From an uncultured delta proteobacterium (lineage in GTDB: Bacteria > Desulfobacterota > Binatia > UBA9968): DNA of 64,000 nt. Of the stretch, positions 41,108-53,855 are shown piece by piece (position 1 is the stretch's first letter; every line of letters starts with the position of its first letter). The DNA lies in contig CAWJBB010000084.1 of NCBI GenBank assembly GCA_963840855.1, positions 13,020-77,019 on the forward strand, read 5' to 3'. The notes beneath the pieces are model-generated. The model worked only from the letters and a program-made list of their open reading frames with translations, searched no databases and was not told the DNA's origin. The translations under genes were made by a program, and so were the position numbers.

Positions 41108-42743
41108 ATGTCGCTAATGCATCGCTTGCTTTCTTGGCTTGCCTGCGCCGGTTTGGGTCGGGGCTACCTGATCAGCCTAATCGTCGTGAGCGGCATCGCG
41201 GCGACGCTGGCGCTTTCTGTTTCGATCAGACATCAGGAATCGGACCACATTCGGCGCACCGTTGACGGGGAGGCCGAGGCGGTGTCCAGAGCAATCCAGA
41301 GCGCCATTTTGTGGCACGTCCAGTCCCTGCTCCGAATTGCCAGACGGTGGGAAGTGCGCAAACCATCGATGATCGAATGGCAGGAAGATGCTCGAATGAT
41401 GCTCGAGCATTCCTATGGCTTTGAAACTATCGATTGGGTGAATTCATCCTATAGCACAGAATGGTCGGTTTATACGGGCGGACAAAAGACCATCGATGTG
41501 GCATCCGCATTCGACGAGCCGCGCGAGAACGCGTTGAAGAAAGCACGGAAGAGTTCCGGACCCTAAACGTGAGTCGAGCCATCGATCTTCGCGCAGTGGA
41601 ACAGCAGTATTGATTTATGTGCCACTCTTTACCGGGACCGAACGCGGCACGTTCGACGGTTTTATCGCCGCGGTCCTGAACCTCTCCTCCACGATGACCG
41701 AGATTCTGGACGTCAATCTCTTGCGCCGTTACGACCTGGAGATCCTCGAAGGCAACAAGCCGATTTATACGAAACCCGGCGCCCACGATACTTTAAATAA
41801 CAAATGGGCCCAAGAAGCGGAACTCAAGCTCTATGGCGTCGTTTGGCATGGGTCGTTGTGGAAGATACGCCTGTGGCCGACCGATGCCTGGCTCAACGAA
41901 ATGCGCTCATTTCTCGACGAAATAACGCTGGTTATTGGGTTCGTCCTGACGGCTCTTCTCGCGCTGTTGAGTTACTTCTTTCAACTGGCGCGCGAGCGGG
42001 CGCGCCAGCTTGAGACCACCAATGCCAAACTTCAGCAAGAAGTGACCCAGCGTGAGCATGCGCAGGCAGCCCTCGCCGATTTCACGGCTATGATTGTTCA
42101 TGATCTGCGTTCGCCATTAAGCAATGTTATCAACATTCTGGAAATGACCAGGGAGGGACTGTTCGGCTCCCTTCACTCGGAGCAGGATACATGGCTGGGA
42201 AAGGCGGAAACCACCACTCGCAATTCGGTGGATCTGATCAGTGACTTTTTGGATGTGTCCCGACTGGAGTCGGGCCGCATTGGGCTCGTGAAAGAACCCG
42301 TCGACCTGCGCCGTTTTCTCAAAGCGAGTCTGGAGAGTTACTCCCTTGCCGCGCAAGAGAAATCAATTCAACTCAACGATGAAATAGATGATTCTCTTCC
42401 GCCCGTCGAGGCCGACGCGCGGCGACTCGACCAGGTCTTAAGTAATCTCCTCAGCAACGCCTTAAAGTTCACTCCCAACGGAGGGGAAATCGTGGTGGGT
42501 GCGGCTTGCAGCCACGAGCAAATCCAGATTTGGGTCCGGGATACCGGACCGGGGATCCCACCTGACGAGATCGGTCAGATTTTTGAAAAATACAAACAAA
42601 CGAAGAACGGTGTCAGGTCGAAACAAAAAGGCACTGGTCTTGGATTAGTGATTTGCAAGATGATCGTGGACGCCCACGGGGGAGCCATCTGGGCCGAGAG
42701 CAACGGAGGCGCGACCTTTAAATTTACCCTGCCGCGCCGTTAG
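41108..42743 (+). pseudogene. Membrane sensor histidine kinase (CHASE-like periplasmic domain), frameshifted near 41550-41600
   Basis: H-box IVHDLRSPL, N-box QVLSNLLSNALKF, DTGPGI, GTGLGL. The N-terminal TM/sensor part lies in ORF 41081-41566. Confidence 0.8.
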
Positions 42744-42806
42744 CCAGCAGCGACTTGCCGCCCGCCAGTGCTTTCGCGAAAAACCAGCTGTGCTCCGGGA
42801 TTCGTG

Positions 42807-43952
42807 TCAAGATTCCGTAACAACGGCCTGCCAATGATCTAAAAAGACTATGAAACTGCAGAGTGGGATTGTATTTGCTAATCCAGGTTTGTTCCGCTCA
42901 CACCGCCACGCAGCGTTACCCTTGGAATCCAAGTTCGGTACCATCGGCGATGTCTGGCGCTCCGTCTGCGCGGCCGAAGGCAACCGCTCCCGGTCGTGGG
43001 ACAGCTCGAGATGATCTAGATTGGGTCCCATCGGCACGATACCGGTGGGATTGACGTTGAGCTGGCTGTAATAGCCCGCTTTGGTCCTCTGTAAATCGCA
43101 GGTCTCTTTGATGCCAGGCCACTGGTATAGCTCACGCAGGTAGTTGGCGAGATTCGGATAATCCTGAATGCGCCGGAGATTGCACTTGAAGTGGCTGTAA
43201 TAAACCAGGTCGAAGCGCAGCAGGGTCGGAAACGCGCGCCAGTCGGCCTCGGTTATTCTTTCGCCGGCCAGATAACGGCGCTCGCCGAGCTGTTTCTCCA
43301 TCGTATCGAGACAGAAAAACACTTTCCGCACCGCATCATCGTAGGCTTCCTGGCTGCGCGCGAAGCCGGCGCGATAGACGCCGTTGTTCAAATGGCTGTA
43401 GACGAGTTCATTGATGCGGTCGATCTCAGCGCGGAGTTCTTCGGGATAGAAATCGTAGCGAACATTGGTGTGCGCGCCGAAGGCGGCATTGAGCATGCGG
43501 ATGATTTCCGATGACTCGTTATTCACGATGGTGCGCCGCTCGCGGTCCCATAACGTCGGCACGGTGACTTTGCCGGTGTAATTCCCATCCGCAGCGGCGT
43601 ACACTTGATACAAGCGAAAACTACCGTCATCGCATGGCTTAAAGTCATCGATGGCTTCGGAATAAGTCCAGCCCTCCGCTTTAGGCCGGTCGGCGCTGGA
43701 CATGGAAATGGCGCCTTCGAGCTTTTTCAATTTACGCATGATGATGGTCCGGTGAGCCCAGGGACAGGAAGGCGACACGTACAGATGATAACGCCCTGGT
43801 TGGGCCTTGAAGCCGCCTTGGCCCGAGGGCCCCGGGCTTCCATCCGCTGTAATCCAATGGCGAAATTGTGAGTCTGCGCGCACGAAATGGCCCCGCGCAT
43901 CGGCGGGAATCCGGTCATCATTCACCCATTTGCCGTCGATCATATGGCCCAT
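42807..43952 (-). CDS. Glutathionyl-hydroquinone reductase (YqjG/ECM4, Xi-class GST)
   Basis: GRYHLYVSPSCPWAHR, VTVPTLWD, IVNNESSEI, NNGVYRAGFA; start re-called at MGHMIDGKW. Confidence 0.9.
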   Translation of the reverse strand: MGHMIDGKWVNDDRIPADARGHFVRADSQFRHWITADGSPGPSGQGGFKAQPGRYHLYVSPSCPWAHRTIIMRKLKKLEGAISMSSADRPKAEGWTYSEAIDDFKPCDDGSFRLYQVYAAADGNYTGKVTVPTLWDRERRTIVNNESSEIIRMLNAAFGAHTNVRYDFYPEELRAEIDRINELVYSHLNNGVYRAGFARSQEAYDDAVRKVFFCLDTMEKQLGERRYLAGERITEADWRAFPTLLRFDLVYYSHFKCNLRRIQDYPNLANYLRELYQWPGIKETCDLQRTKAGYYSQLNVNPTGIVPMGPNLDHLELSHDRERLPSAAQTERQTSPMVPNLDSKGNAAWRCERNKPGLANTIPLCSFIVFLDHWQAVVTES

Positions 43953-44143
43953 AAAATTTCTCCTCCCGCATCGCTGGTCGACTTTTATCAGAATCCCCCG
44001 GATCCGAAAAAGGCCCATTCGACGCCTTCACTTTCGAGTTCTCTGCCGCCAAAACTCGAAACTCCCCCGCGCGCGTTGACACCCGCGGCGCGACTCTGCG
44101 ATAAGCTGGTAAATCATTTACCGCTATCGGCACAGGAGACGCA

Positions 44144-45091
44144 ATGGAAACAGTAGGTTTCATCGGTCTGGGCAACATGGGCGGTCCCGTCGCCGGCCAT
44201 ATTCAACGGGCGGGTTATCCAATGGTCGTCTGCGATCTCCGCGCGCAGGCGACGCGGCCTTTTCAGGAGCGCGGCGCAGCCGTGGCCGAGTCAGCGGCGG
44301 AGCTAGCCGAGCGCAGCGACGTTATCATCACCGCCCTACCGATGCCGCGCGACGTGGAACAGGTTGCTTGCGGCGCCGGCGGCATCGTCGAAGGGATCAG
44401 GGCCAATTCTATTTATATCGATATCTCCACCAGCCCGCCGTCACTTATGCGCGGCATCGAACCACGGTTTGCGGCCAAAGGAGCTTTTGTTCTCGACGCC
44501 CCGGTCGCTTCGGGCCAGCCAGGCGCGGCGCGCGGCATTCACGAAGTCATGGTCGGTGGCGAGCGCGAGGTTTTCGAACGGGCAAAGCCCATACTCGGCG
44601 CGTTCGGAGACCAGGTTTTGCACGCCGGGCCGCTGGGGACGGGAAGCATCTGCAAGCTCATGCATCAGATGATCAACAGCACGATCTCTCAAGCCATCGC
44701 CGAAGGATTGACTCTTGGCGTCAAAGCCGGAGTCGAGACCGAGGCGCTCTGGGAATGCGTGCGGCGCGGCATGGTAGGCAGGATGCATGTGCTTCACTAT
44801 CAAGTCCCACAGACCGTCTTTCGCGGTCGATTTGAAACTGACACCTTTCCATTAAAGCTGCTGCGCAAAGATGTCGGACTGGCCACGGCCCTGGGTCGCG
44901 AGCTAAACGTTCCCCTGCCGTTAGCAAACATGGCGGAACAAAACCTGGTGGCCGCTATCAATCGCGGCTGGGGTGATAAATCCGCTTACACGGTTACGTT
45001 CCTGCTTCAGGAAGAGGCGGCGAACGTGGATCTGCGAGCCCAAGGAGTGGACCCGGACAAAGCGGCGCAATATATTTCCACCAACCCTTAG
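44144..45091 (+). CDS. 3-hydroxyisobutyrate dehydrogenase-family NAD(P)-dependent oxidoreductase
   Basis: GFIGLGNMG, LDAPVASG, GSICKL, LRKDVGLA. Confidence 0.9.
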   Translation: METVGFIGLGNMGGPVAGHIQRAGYPMVVCDLRAQATRPFQERGAAVAESAAELAERSDVIITALPMPRDVEQVACGAGGIVEGIRANSIYIDISTSPPSLMRGIEPRFAAKGAFVLDAPVASGQPGAARGIHEVMVGGEREVFERAKPILGAFGDQVLHAGPLGTGSICKLMHQMINSTISQAIAEGLTLGVKAGVETEALWECVRRGMVGRMHVLHYQVPQTVFRGRFETDTFPLKLLRKDVGLATALGRELNVPLPLANMAEQNLVAAINRGWGDKSAYTVTFLLQEEAANVDLRAQGVDPDKAAQYISTNP

Positions 45092-45106
45092 GATTGGGTT
45101 CCAGAC

Positions 45107-45161
45107 ATTCAAGCTGATCAAGCCGTTCAAGCCGTTTTGAACGATTTGAACTGTTTGAACG
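45107..45161. repeat. 9-mer arrays (CCGTTCAAG then inverted TTTGAAC)
   Basis: attcaagct gatcaagcc gttcaagcc gttttgaac gatttgaac tgtttgaac g. Confidence 0.78.
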
Positions 45162-45187
45162 TTGCATGTTTAAGAACCGGAGGTACT

Positions 45188-46321
45188 ATGGCCAATAATG
45201 GTTATAAAGTTCTCGACAGCGATATGCATATTCTCGAACCGGCGGATCTATGGCAGCGCTACATCGATTCCAGGTTCAAGCATCTCGCGCCCGTCGGCAC
45301 CACTGATCATGTAAGAGATTTACGTCTCGTCGGACCGGACGGACGCGCCTGGGGCCGCCCCATCGACCCTGCGCCGGGCACTCTGCCGCCGCCCGGTCAT
45401 ATTTTTCATAAGAACCAAAAACTCTTTAAGACCCACAACGAGCGCGGCTGGTCGCCTCAAGTGCAACTGGACGCCATGGCCGAGGAGGGCATCGATGTCG
45501 CGATACTCTATCCGAGCCGCGGTTTGAATGTTCTCAGCATTCCAGACTTGGATCCCCAATTCGCTGCCGCCCTGGCGCGCGCCTACAACAACTGGCTCTA
45601 TGACTTTTGCCAAGCCGACCCCGGCAGAATGATCGGCGCCGGCATGATCTCGCCTTTTCACATGGGTGACGCCGTCGCTGAAACTCAACGTTGTGTAAAC
45701 GAATTAGGCTTTCGCGCAATTTTTCTTCGCGCCAATATCGTCAGCGGGCGCAACTGGCACGATCCTTTTTACGAACCGCTATGGTCCGCTCTAGAATCGC
45801 TCGACGTGCCACTGGGGTTTCATGAGGCGAACAATTCCGCGGCGCGCCAGGCGGGCGAGCAATTCGGTTACGATTTCATGCTGCGCCATACCTTTTCACA
45901 TCCCGTGGAGCAGATGTACGCCGCCGGCAGTTTTTGCGGCGGCGGTATCCTGGATCGCCATCCCAAATTGCGCGTGGCATTTCTCGAGGGCAACTGCGGC
46001 TGGCTGCCCTTTCTGCTCTGGCGCCTGGACGAGCATTGGGAGCTTTACGGCGATCAGTGGGCGCCTGAGTTAGAGCACCCGCCGAGCTATTACTTCAAAC
46101 GGCAATGCTATGCATCCGTCGAGTGCGATGAAGAACCGGTGAAATACGCCATCGACTTTCTCGGCAACGAGCGCCTGGTTTTTTCCACCGATTTTCCCCA
46201 CGTGGACACCAAATATCCAAAGGCGGTGGAGCGGTTCTTGGAACTGCCCATTAGCGAGGAAGACAAGCGAAAAATTTTGTGGGACAACTGCGCCGCCTAT
46301 TACGGCATGATGGGAATGTGA
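45188..46321 (+). CDS. Amidohydrolase_2 family protein
   Basis: LDSDMHILEP, LGFHE, AFLEGNCGW, FSTDFPH; RBS GGAGG. Confidence 0.88.
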   Translation: MANNGYKVLDSDMHILEPADLWQRYIDSRFKHLAPVGTTDHVRDLRLVGPDGRAWGRPIDPAPGTLPPPGHIFHKNQKLFKTHNERGWSPQVQLDAMAEEGIDVAILYPSRGLNVLSIPDLDPQFAAALARAYNNWLYDFCQADPGRMIGAGMISPFHMGDAVAETQRCVNELGFRAIFLRANIVSGRNWHDPFYEPLWSALESLDVPLGFHEANNSAARQAGEQFGYDFMLRHTFSHPVEQMYAAGSFCGGGILDRHPKLRVAFLEGNCGWLPFLLWRLDEHWELYGDQWAPELEHPPSYYFKRQCYASVECDEEPVKYAIDFLGNERLVFSTDFPHVDTKYPKAVERFLELPISEEDKRKILWDNCAAYYGMMGM

Positions 46322-46467
46322 GCCGTTTGCCGGGCGCCTGGCCATCGTGACATAGGTCGATCGCAGGGCATTTTTCAGGCAACCTTAGAAGCAAGTCTTT
46401 AGGTTAGATCTTGATATGGGGATTACGTCCTGACAGATCTTAATTCTAGGGGAGCGAAGGAGCGATT

Positions 46468-46953
46468 ATGAAAATGTTTCACCTATTCGTCGCTATTTTC
46501 GTTCCATTGATTCTCTGCGCTGCGCCGCGCTCTGCTTGGCCGGCCGCCGACCAACTCGAAGAGATTCGCCAGGAGCAAACCAAGGATCGGCAAAAGAGAC
46601 AGCTGGAAGATCTCAAGCGTCAAGAGCAACTCGAAAACCTCAAACGCGACCAGCAAATACAACAAGTGCAACGCGAGCTGGAGCAAATAAAGCAGTCAAA
46701 GGGCGACGATCCTCAGGCCCGGCAACAGGCCAGCGAGCTGCAGCGGCGCTTGGATCAACTCAGAAACGACCAGCAGCTCGAACGGGTGCAAAGGGAATTG
46801 CAGATTAACCGGATTCAGCGCGAGCCAAATTCGTTCCGCCAGCAGGAACAGATCAGAGAACTCCAGCGCCAGCAGCAAATCGATTTTTTGCGCGATCAGT
46901 CGCGCAAAACCCAACAGGATCTCAATCGTCAGGATCTCAACCGTCCGCGCTAA
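46468..46953 (+). CDS. Secreted Gln/Arg/Glu-rich coiled-coil hypothetical protein
   Basis: RBS AAGGAG, signal peptide, internally repeated QQL...RDQQ...VQREL segments. Confidence 0.7.
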   Translation: MKMFHLFVAIFVPLILCAAPRSAWPAADQLEEIRQEQTKDRQKRQLEDLKRQEQLENLKRDQQIQQVQRELEQIKQSKGDDPQARQQASELQRRLDQLRNDQQLERVQRELQINRIQREPNSFRQQEQIRELQRQQQIDFLRDQSRKTQQDLNRQDLNRPR

Positions 46954-46986
46954 CCGGGTGTGTTTTTCGATTGCAGCTCTGCCGCG

Positions 46987-48471
46987 CTACGGCAAGTTCG
47001 TGCCGCCCATCAGGTAGCGGTCGCATTCCCGCGCCGCGCCGCGCCCTTCGTTGATCGCCCATACGACTAAACTCTGGCCGCGCCGGCAATCGCCCGCAGC
47101 GAACACTCCCGGCACATTGGTGGCGAACTTGCCGTAATCGGCCTTGGCGTTGGAGCGCGGGTCTTGTTCGACGCCCAACTGCTTGAGCACCGCATCCTCC
47201 GGTCCGAGAAAACCCATGGCGAGCAGCACGAGATCGGCTTGTAAAACTTTGTCGGTACCGGGCACTCGCTTGGGGATAAACGCGCCCTGCTCGTTCTTAG
47301 CCCATACGACATCGTAAATATGCAATTCTTTGACGTTGCCGTTTTCGTCCCCTGCGAATTTCTCGCCGGTGGTAAGATAAACGCGCGGGTCGGAGCCAAA
47401 GCGCGCCGCCACTTCTTCCTGGCCGTAGTCGAGCTTGTAAACCTTCGGCCATTCGGGCCAGGGATTGTCAGGCTGCCTTTCATCGGGCGGCCGCGGCAGG
47501 ATTTCGAGCTGGGTCAAGCTCTTGCAGCCGTGGCGCATGGCGGTGCCAACGCAGTCCGTGCCGGTATCCCCGCCGCCGACGACGATGACGTGTTTATTTT
47601 TCGCCGAGATGTATTTGCCGTCCTGGTGGCCGCAGTCAAGCAAGCTCTTAGTATTGGCATGGAGAAATTCCATCGCCATATGGATGCCCTTTAACTCGCG
47701 CCCCGGGATCGGCAAGTCGCGCGCCTTGGTGGCGCCCGTACAAATGACCACAGCGTCAAAATTCTCTTTCAGTTCTGCACCGGGAATATTCGCGCCGATA
47801 TGCGCATTAGTGATGAATTCAACTCCCTCCGCCGCCAGCAAGTCGACCCGCCGCTGCACGATGGTCTTATCGAGTTTCATATTGGGAATGCCGTACATGA
47901 GCAGTCCGCCGATGCGGTCGGCGCGCTCGTAAACTGTCACCTGATGGCCGGCGCGATTGAGTTGCGCTGCGCAGGCGAGTCCTGACGGACCGGAGCCGAT
48001 GACGGCGACTTTCTTGCCCGTGCGTTTCTCCGGAATCTCAGGCGTCACCCATCCTCGGGCGAAACCGTTATCGACGATCGAGCACTCGATAGTTTTGATC
48101 GTGACCGGCAGTTCGTTGAGACCGAGAACGCAGGAACCTTCACAGGGTGCGGGGCAGACGCGCCCGGTGAATTCGGGAAAATTGTTGGTCTTGTGCAGCC
48201 GCTCCAGCGCCTCTTTCCAAAGCCCGCGATATACTAAATCGTTCCATTCCGGAATTAAATTATTGATGGGGCAGCCCGATGCCATGCCGCTGATCAGCTG
48301 CCCGGTGTGGCAGAACGGGATGCCGCAATCCATGCAGCGCGCCCCTTGTTGGCGCAGTTTCTCGTCTGAAAAATGCTCGTGGAACTCTTGCCAATCCTTC
48401 ACCCGCTCTAACGGTGAGCGGTCGACTGGCAGCTCGCGCTCATATTCCATGAAACCCGTTGGCTTACCCAT
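46987..48471 (-). CDS. gltD: Glutamate synthase small subunit
   Basis: [46 protein letters not shown]. Confidence 0.98.
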   Translation of the reverse strand: MGKPTGFMEYERELPVDRSPLERVKDWQEFHEHFSDEKLRQQGARCMDCGIPFCHTGQLISGMASGCPINNLIPEWNDLVYRGLWKEALERLHKTNNFPEFTGRVCPAPCEGSCVLGLNELPVTIKTIECSIVDNGFARGWVTPEIPEKRTGKKVAVIGSGPSGLACAAQLNRAGHQVTVYERADRIGGLLMYGIPNMKLDKTIVQRRVDLLAAEGVEFITNAHIGANIPGAELKENFDAVVICTGATKARDLPIPGRELKGIHMAMEFLHANTKSLLDCGHQDGKYISAKNKHVIVVGGGDTGTDCVGTAMRHGCKSLTQLEILPRPPDERQPDNPWPEWPKVYKLDYGQEEVAARFGSDPRVYLTTGEKFAGDENGNVKELHIYDVVWAKNEQGAFIPKRVPGTDKVLQADLVLLAMGFLGPEDAVLKQLGVEQDPRSNAKADYGKFATNVPGVFAAGDCRRGQSLVVWAINEGRGAARECDRYLMGGTNLP

Positions 48472-48638
48472 CTCGCTTATCTCTCACTCCTAAGGGTACA
48501 GATATCCCACGCGCATGCCCGGCGCCCAAAAACTCTCAAATTGTTGGATTTGAGATTTTGGTTTTGAGTTGGAAGCGATCGCGAATACGCGGAGCTTAGA
48601 ATACCAAACCCAAATTGGCTTGATGCGGGCCCCGCGAT

Positions 48639-51600
48639 TCAATTCCCGCTCACCCGCGACGCATCGTTTTTGTTCGCTTCGAACGCCGCCATCAACGCCT
48701 CGTCACCCACCAACCCTTTGGCCTCGGCCTGTTTTAGCGCCTCGACGACCCGGAGGTAGTCTTTGGGCATGACCTTGACGAATTTGGGCGCGTTGTCCTG
48801 CCAGCGCGCACGAATCTTCCAGGCACGCTCGCTGTGCGTATAATAGGCGTGGCGCTTGAGCAACTCCTCGACTTCCAACATATCGCTAGCGTCAAGTTTT
48901 TCCAGAGACACGGTTTCCGGATTGCAACGGTTTTTGAAGCCGCCGTCTTCATCCAGAACAAAGGCGACGCCGCCGGACATACCCGCGGCGAAATTGCGCC
49001 CGGTGGTGCCGATGACAACGACCCGGCCGCCGGTCATATACTCGCAGCCGTGGTCACCGACGCCTTCCACCACCGCGCTTACGCCGCTGTTGCGCACGCA
49101 GAATCGCTCGCCGGCCATGCCCCGGATATAGGCCTCTCCGCTAGTGGCGCCGTAAAACGCCACGTTGCCGACGATGATATTTTCTTCCGGCGCGAAGGTC
49201 GAGCCTTCGGGCGGAAAAAGGATCACCTTGCCCCCCGACAATCCCTTGCCGAAATAATCGTTGGCGTCGCCTTCAAGCTCCAGGGTCAAGCCCGGCGGCA
49301 CAAAGGCGGCGAAGCTTTGCCCGGCGGAGCCTTGGAAGTGAAAATGAATCGTGTCTTCGGGCAGCCCCCGCGGTCCGTACTTCCGCGTCACCTCGCTGCC
49401 GAGAATCGTCCCCACGACGCGATTGGTGTTTCGAATATCCAAGGTCGCCTTTACTTTCTCTCCGCGTTCGAGCGCCGGCGCCGCCAAGTCGAGCAGCACC
49501 TGGTTATCGAGGGCGTTCTCAAGCCCGTGGTTCTGTCCGATCTGGCAGTAGCGACCCACGTCGGCGGCCACCTGCGGCTGGTAAAGAATCGCCGCGTAGT
49601 CCAATCCTCGGGCCTTCCAGTGTTCCACGGCGCGGCGCACTTCGAGCCGGTCCGAGCGGCCCACCATTTCGTTCACGGTGCGAAATCCGAGTCTGGCCAT
49701 GTGCTCGCGCATCTCCTGAGCGATGAAGCGCATGAAGTTAACGACATGGCCCGGGTCGCCAGTGAATTTCTTGCGCAGCTCCGGATTCTGTGTCGCCACG
49801 CCGACGGGACAGGTATCGAGATGACACACGCGCATCATGATGCAGCCCAGGGTCACCAGCGCCGTGGTCGCGAAGCCGAATTCCTCGGCGCCGAGCATCG
49901 CCGCGATCACCACGTCACGCCCGGTTTTCAGCTGCCCGTCGGTTTCCACCGCGATGCGGCTGCGCAGATTATTGAGCACCAGAGTCTGGTGCGTTTCCGC
50001 AAGTCCCAACTCCCAGGGTAAACCTGCATGCTTGATGCTCGTTTGCGGCGAGGCGCCGGTGCCGCCGTCGTGGCCGCTGATCAAGACCACGTCCGCGTGG
50101 CCTTTTGCCACGCCCGCGGCAATGGTACCGACGCCGATCTCGGAGACGAGTTTCACGCTGATGCGCGCGTGGTGGTTGGCGTTTTTGAGATCATGGATCA
50201 GCTGGGCCAAATCTTCGATGGAGTAAATGTCATGATGCGGCGGCGGCGAGATGAGCCCCACGCCGGGCGTCGAATGGCGCACCTTGGCGATCCACGGATA
50301 AACTTTTCGTCCCGGCAACTCGCCGCCCTCGCCCGGCTTGGCGCCCTGCGCCATCTTGATCTGAAGCTCCTGGGCCTGGGTGAGATAGTAACTTGTCACG
50401 CCGAAGCGCCCGGAAGCGACTTGCTTGATGGCGCTGTTTTTGGAATCGCCGTTGGGCTCCAGAGTATAGCGCGCCGGATCTTCACCGCCTTCGCCGGTAT
50501 TGCTCTTACCACCGATTCGGTTCATGGCGATGGCGAGGGCTTCATGGGCCTCTTTGCTGATGGAGCCGTAGGACATGGCGCCGGTTTTGAAACGCTTCAC
50601 GATGGCGTCAACCGGTTCCACCTCCTCGATGGCAATGGGCTGCGGCTCGTATTTGAGTTGCATCAGCCCGCGCAGCGTAGCCATGCGCTCGGACTGGTCG
50701 TCGATGAGCTGGCTGTACTCTTTAAATGTCTTGTAATCGTTGATGCGGCAAGCTTTGTGCAACAAGTGAATCGTCCGCGGGTTGAAGAGATGCAGCTCGC
50801 CGTCTTTGCGATACTGGTACTGGCCGTAAGCTTCCAGAGTGTGGCCGTTCAGCGAATAGAACGGAAAAGCCTTGGCGTGCTGCTGTTGCGCTTCCCGCGC
50901 GATCTCCTCCAGACCCATGCCGCCGACCCGCGACGGCGTCCAGGTGAAATATTTATCGACCAACTCTTGGCCGAGCCCCACCGCCTCGAAAATCTGCGCG
51001 CCGCAATAGGACTTGATGGTGGAGATACCCATCTTTGCCATCACCTTGACCACGCCCTTGTAGACTGCTTTGTCGTAACCTTTCACGGCATCGTGATAAC
51101 TGACGTCAGGCAGCATGCCTTCACGGATCATGTCGTTGAGGCACTCGTAGACGAGATATGGATTGATCGCTTGCACGCCGTAGCCGAGCAGCAAACAAAA
51201 GTGATGCACCTCGCGCGGCTCCCCCGACTCCAGCACCAAGCCAACCCGCGTCCGGGTGCCGTTGCGGATCAAATGATGATGCAAGCCGGAGGACGCCAGC
51301 AGCGCCGGAATCGGCGCATGTAACGGGTCCACGCCCTTATCGGACAGGATAAGAATCGTCGCGCCGTCGGCAATGGCCTGATCCGCCGCATGGAACAGAT
51401 CTTCCAGCGCCTTTTCCAACCCTGCCTTCCCCTGGTTCGGATTGAACACCATCGGCAGCGTCACCACCTTGATCCCCGGCAGATCGACGCGGCGCAATTT
51501 TTCCATGTCGGAGTTTTTCAAGATCGGCTCCGCCAGGCGCAGCTGGCGGCAGCTTTCCGGTCTGGGATCCACCAGATTTCCTTCGGAACCAAGAGTCAAA

Positions 51601-53237
51601 GTCGTGGACGTAATCAGTTCTTCGCGAATCGGATCGATGGGTGGATTGGTTACCTGCGCAAAGAGCTGTTTGAAATAGTTATAAAGCAGCTGCGGCTTGT
51701 CCGACAAAACCGCTAGCGGCGTGTCGGTACCCATCGAGCCGACGGGCTGAATGCTGTTTTGCGCCATCGGGCCGATGTTGACGCGCAAGTCCTCAAAACT
51801 ATAACCGAAGGCCTGCAAGCGTTTCAGCGTCGCGTGGTGATTGTAAACGGGCTCTTCCTCGGGCACATCGGGCAAATCATGGAAGTGAACCTGGTTATCC
51901 TTGAGCCATACGCCGTAGGGTTTCGCAGCCGCCATCCCCTGCTTGATTTCCTCGTCGCTGATGATGCGCCCTTTGCCGGTGTCGACGAGAAACATACGCC
52001 CCGGCTGGAGACGCCGTTTTTCCAGCACGCGCTCCGGCGCCACGTCGAGCACGCCCACTTCCGAGGCCATGATTACGAGATCGTCTTTGGTCACGTAATA
52101 GCGCGAAGGGCGAAGCCCGTTGCGGTCGAGCACCGCGCCCACCACGGTGCCATCGGTAAAGGCAATCGACGCCGGACCGTCCCAGGGCTCCATAAGGGCG
52201 CTGTGATATTCGTAAAATGCCCGTTTCTTGGCATCCATGCTCTCGTGATTTTCCCAGGGCTCGGGAATCATCATCATCACCGCGTGGGGCAGCGAGCGGC
52301 CGCTGAGCGCGAGAAATTCCAGACAATTGTCGAACTTCGCTGAGTCGCTGCCGTCCTCCTGGATTATCGGAAAGATTTTTTTCAAATCATCGCCGAACAA
52401 GTCCGAGGCAACCATCCCCTGGCGCGCGTGCATCCAGTTTTCGTTGCCGCGCAGAGTATTGATCTCGCCGTTGTGAATCAAATAACGATACGGATGCGCC
52501 CTGCCCCAGCTGGGAAAAGTGTTAGTGCTGAAGCGCGAGTGGACCACGGCAATGGCGGTCTCGACCGCGGGGTCCTTAAGGTCTGGATAAAAAGTCGACA
52601 ACTGCCGCGGCGTGAGCATGCCTTTGTAGACGATCGTCCGGTGCGACATGCTGGAAACGTAAAAGAAATCCCCACCCGATAAGCCACCGTAACGAATCTT
52701 GTTTTCAGCTCGCCGGCGAATCACATAGAGCTTGCGTTCAAATGCCATCTCGTCTGTGACGTTATCCCCACGGCCGATGAAGACCTGGCGCACAAAGGGC
52801 TCGGAGATTTTGGCCGTCTCCCCCAGATAGAGATTATCGGTGGGCACCTTGCGCCACCCGAGCAGGCGTTGCCCTTCGTCGACGATGATTCCCTCGATCA
52901 GTTTTTCAAAGCGCCGCCGTTGCTCGCGGTGGTCCGGCAAAAAGATCATCCCGACGCCGTAATCACCGGCATCCGGCAGGTGGAAACCCAACCCTTCGCA
53001 AGCGTCGCTGAAAAACGCGTGCGGCACCTGCGTGAGGATGCCCGCGCCGTCGCCGGTATTCTCCTCACAGCCGCAAGCGCCGCGATGGTCAAGATTTTCC
53101 AGCACCGTCAAAGCCTGATCGACGATCTCGCGAGACTTTTGACCTTTGATATTGACGACGAACCCGACACCGCATGCGTCATGTTCGAATCTTGGATCAT
53201 AGAGACCCTGTTTTGCTGGCAATCCTGCGATCTTCAT
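48639..53237 (-). CDS. gltB: Glutamate synthase large subunit
   Basis: [40 protein letters not shown]; 1532 aa. Confidence 0.99.
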   Translation of the reverse strand: MKIAGLPAKQGLYDPRFEHDACGVGFVVNIKGQKSREIVDQALTVLENLDHRGACGCEENTGDGAGILTQVPHAFFSDACEGLGFHLPDAGDYGVGMIFLPDHREQRRRFEKLIEGIIVDEGQRLLGWRKVPTDNLYLGETAKISEPFVRQVFIGRGDNVTDEMAFERKLYVIRRRAENKIRYGGLSGGDFFYVSSMSHRTIVYKGMLTPRQLSTFYPDLKDPAVETAIAVVHSRFSTNTFPSWGRAHPYRYLIHNGEINTLRGNENWMHARQGMVASDLFGDDLKKIFPIIQEDGSDSAKFDNCLEFLALSGRSLPHAVMMMIPEPWENHESMDAKKRAFYEYHSALMEPWDGPASIAFTDGTVVGAVLDRNGLRPSRYYVTKDDLVIMASEVGVLDVAPERVLEKRRLQPGRMFLVDTGKGRIISDEEIKQGMAAAKPYGVWLKDNQVHFHDLPDVPEEEPVYNHHATLKRLQAFGYSFEDLRVNIGPMAQNSIQPVGSMGTDTPLAVLSDKPQLLYNYFKQLFAQVTNPPIDPIREELITSTTLTLGSEGNLVDPRPESCRQLRLAEPILKNSDMEKLRRVDLPGIKVVTLPMVFNPNQGKAGLEKALEDLFHAADQAIADGATILILSDKGVDPLHAPIPALLASSGLHHHLIRNGTRTRVGLVLESGEPREVHHFCLLLGYGVQAINPYLVYECLNDMIREGMLPDVSYHDAVKGYDKAVYKGVVKVMAKMGISTIKSYCGAQIFEAVGLGQELVDKYFTWTPSRVGGMGLEEIAREAQQQHAKAFPFYSLNGHTLEAYGQYQYRKDGELHLFNPRTIHLLHKACRINDYKTFKEYSQLIDDQSERMATLRGLMQLKYEPQPIAIEEVEPVDAIVKRFKTGAMSYGSISKEAHEALAIAMNRIGGKSNTGEGGEDPARYTLEPNGDSKNSAIKQVASGRFGVTSYYLTQAQELQIKMAQGAKPGEGGELPGRKVYPWIAKVRHSTPGVGLISPPPHHDIYSIEDLAQLIHDLKNANHHARISVKLVSEIGVGTIAAGVAKGHADVVLISGHDGGTGASPQTSIKHAGLPWELGLAETHQTLVLNNLRSRIAVETDGQLKTGRDVVIAAMLGAEEFGFATTALVTLGCIMMRVCHLDTCPVGVATQNPELRKKFTGDPGHVVNFMRFIAQEMREHMARLGFRTVNEMVGRSDRLEVRRAVEHWKARGLDYAAILYQPQVAADVGRYCQIGQNHGLENALDNQVLLDLAAPALERGEKVKATLDIRNTNRVVGTILGSEVTRKYGPRGLPEDTIHFHFQGSAGQSFAAFVPPGLTLELEGDANDYFGKGLSGGKVILFPPEGSTFAPEENIIVGNVAFYGATSGEAYIRGMAGERFCVRNSGVSAVVEGVGDHGCEYMTGGRVVVIGTTGRNFAAGMSGGVAFVLDEDGGFKNRCNPETVSLEKLDASDMLEVEELLKRHAYYTHSERAWKIRARWQDNAPKFVKVMPKDYLRVVEALKQAEAKGLVGDEALMAAFEANKNDASRVSGN

Positions 53238-53372
53238 TGCTCTACCCTTTATACTTGCGCGGCGGAATCGAGCCGCGTCCGGCTGATATGCACGAAAGCA
53301 GCAGCGCCGCGCAGAATAAAATCGACTTATCGGGAAAAGTATTCTGCGTCAACATCGGGGTTGCCCGACGCC

Positions 53373-53855
53373 TCATTTCCGCCTCCCTTGGCCCTCCGCA
53401 ATACTCTCGTCCAATTCCAAAATCTGGCTCTCTTTAGCCGTTGATAGCACGACTTTAGTGACGGTGCGCGTCACGCCTTCGACGGAGCGAATCTCGCCGA
53501 GCAGTTTTTCCAAAGAGCCGGTGTTACCGGCTTTTACCTTGAGAATAAAACTTTCATCGCCCGTGACATGATGGCACTCGAGCACGTCGGGATAGCGCAA
53601 AATTTGCGTCGCGAAGCCGTCGATATCGCGCTGGTGGCTGATCGAAACCCCGATAAACGCGGTGATATCTTTACCGACCATCTTGCCATCCAGCAACGCC
53701 GCGTAGCCCTTGATGACGCCGCTCGCCTCAAGCTTTTTCACCCGTTCCATCACCGCGGGCGCGGAAAGATCCACTTCCTCAGCTATGTCCGCCAGCCGGG
53801 AACGGCCTTGGGACTGAAGAATGGATAGTATTTTTAAATCGATTTGGTCCAGCAA
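53373..53855 (-). CDS. Lrp/AsnC-family transcriptional regulator
   Basis: LDQIDLKIL, LSAPAVMERVKKLE HTH, ECHHVTG; TTG start. Confidence 0.92.
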   Translation of the reverse strand: MLDQIDLKILSILQSQGRSRLADIAEEVDLSAPAVMERVKKLEASGVIKGYAALLDGKMVGKDITAFIGVSISHQRDIDGFATQILRYPDVLECHHVTGDESFILKVKAGNTGSLEKLLGEIRSVEGVTRTVTKVVLSTAKESQILELDESIAEGQGRRK

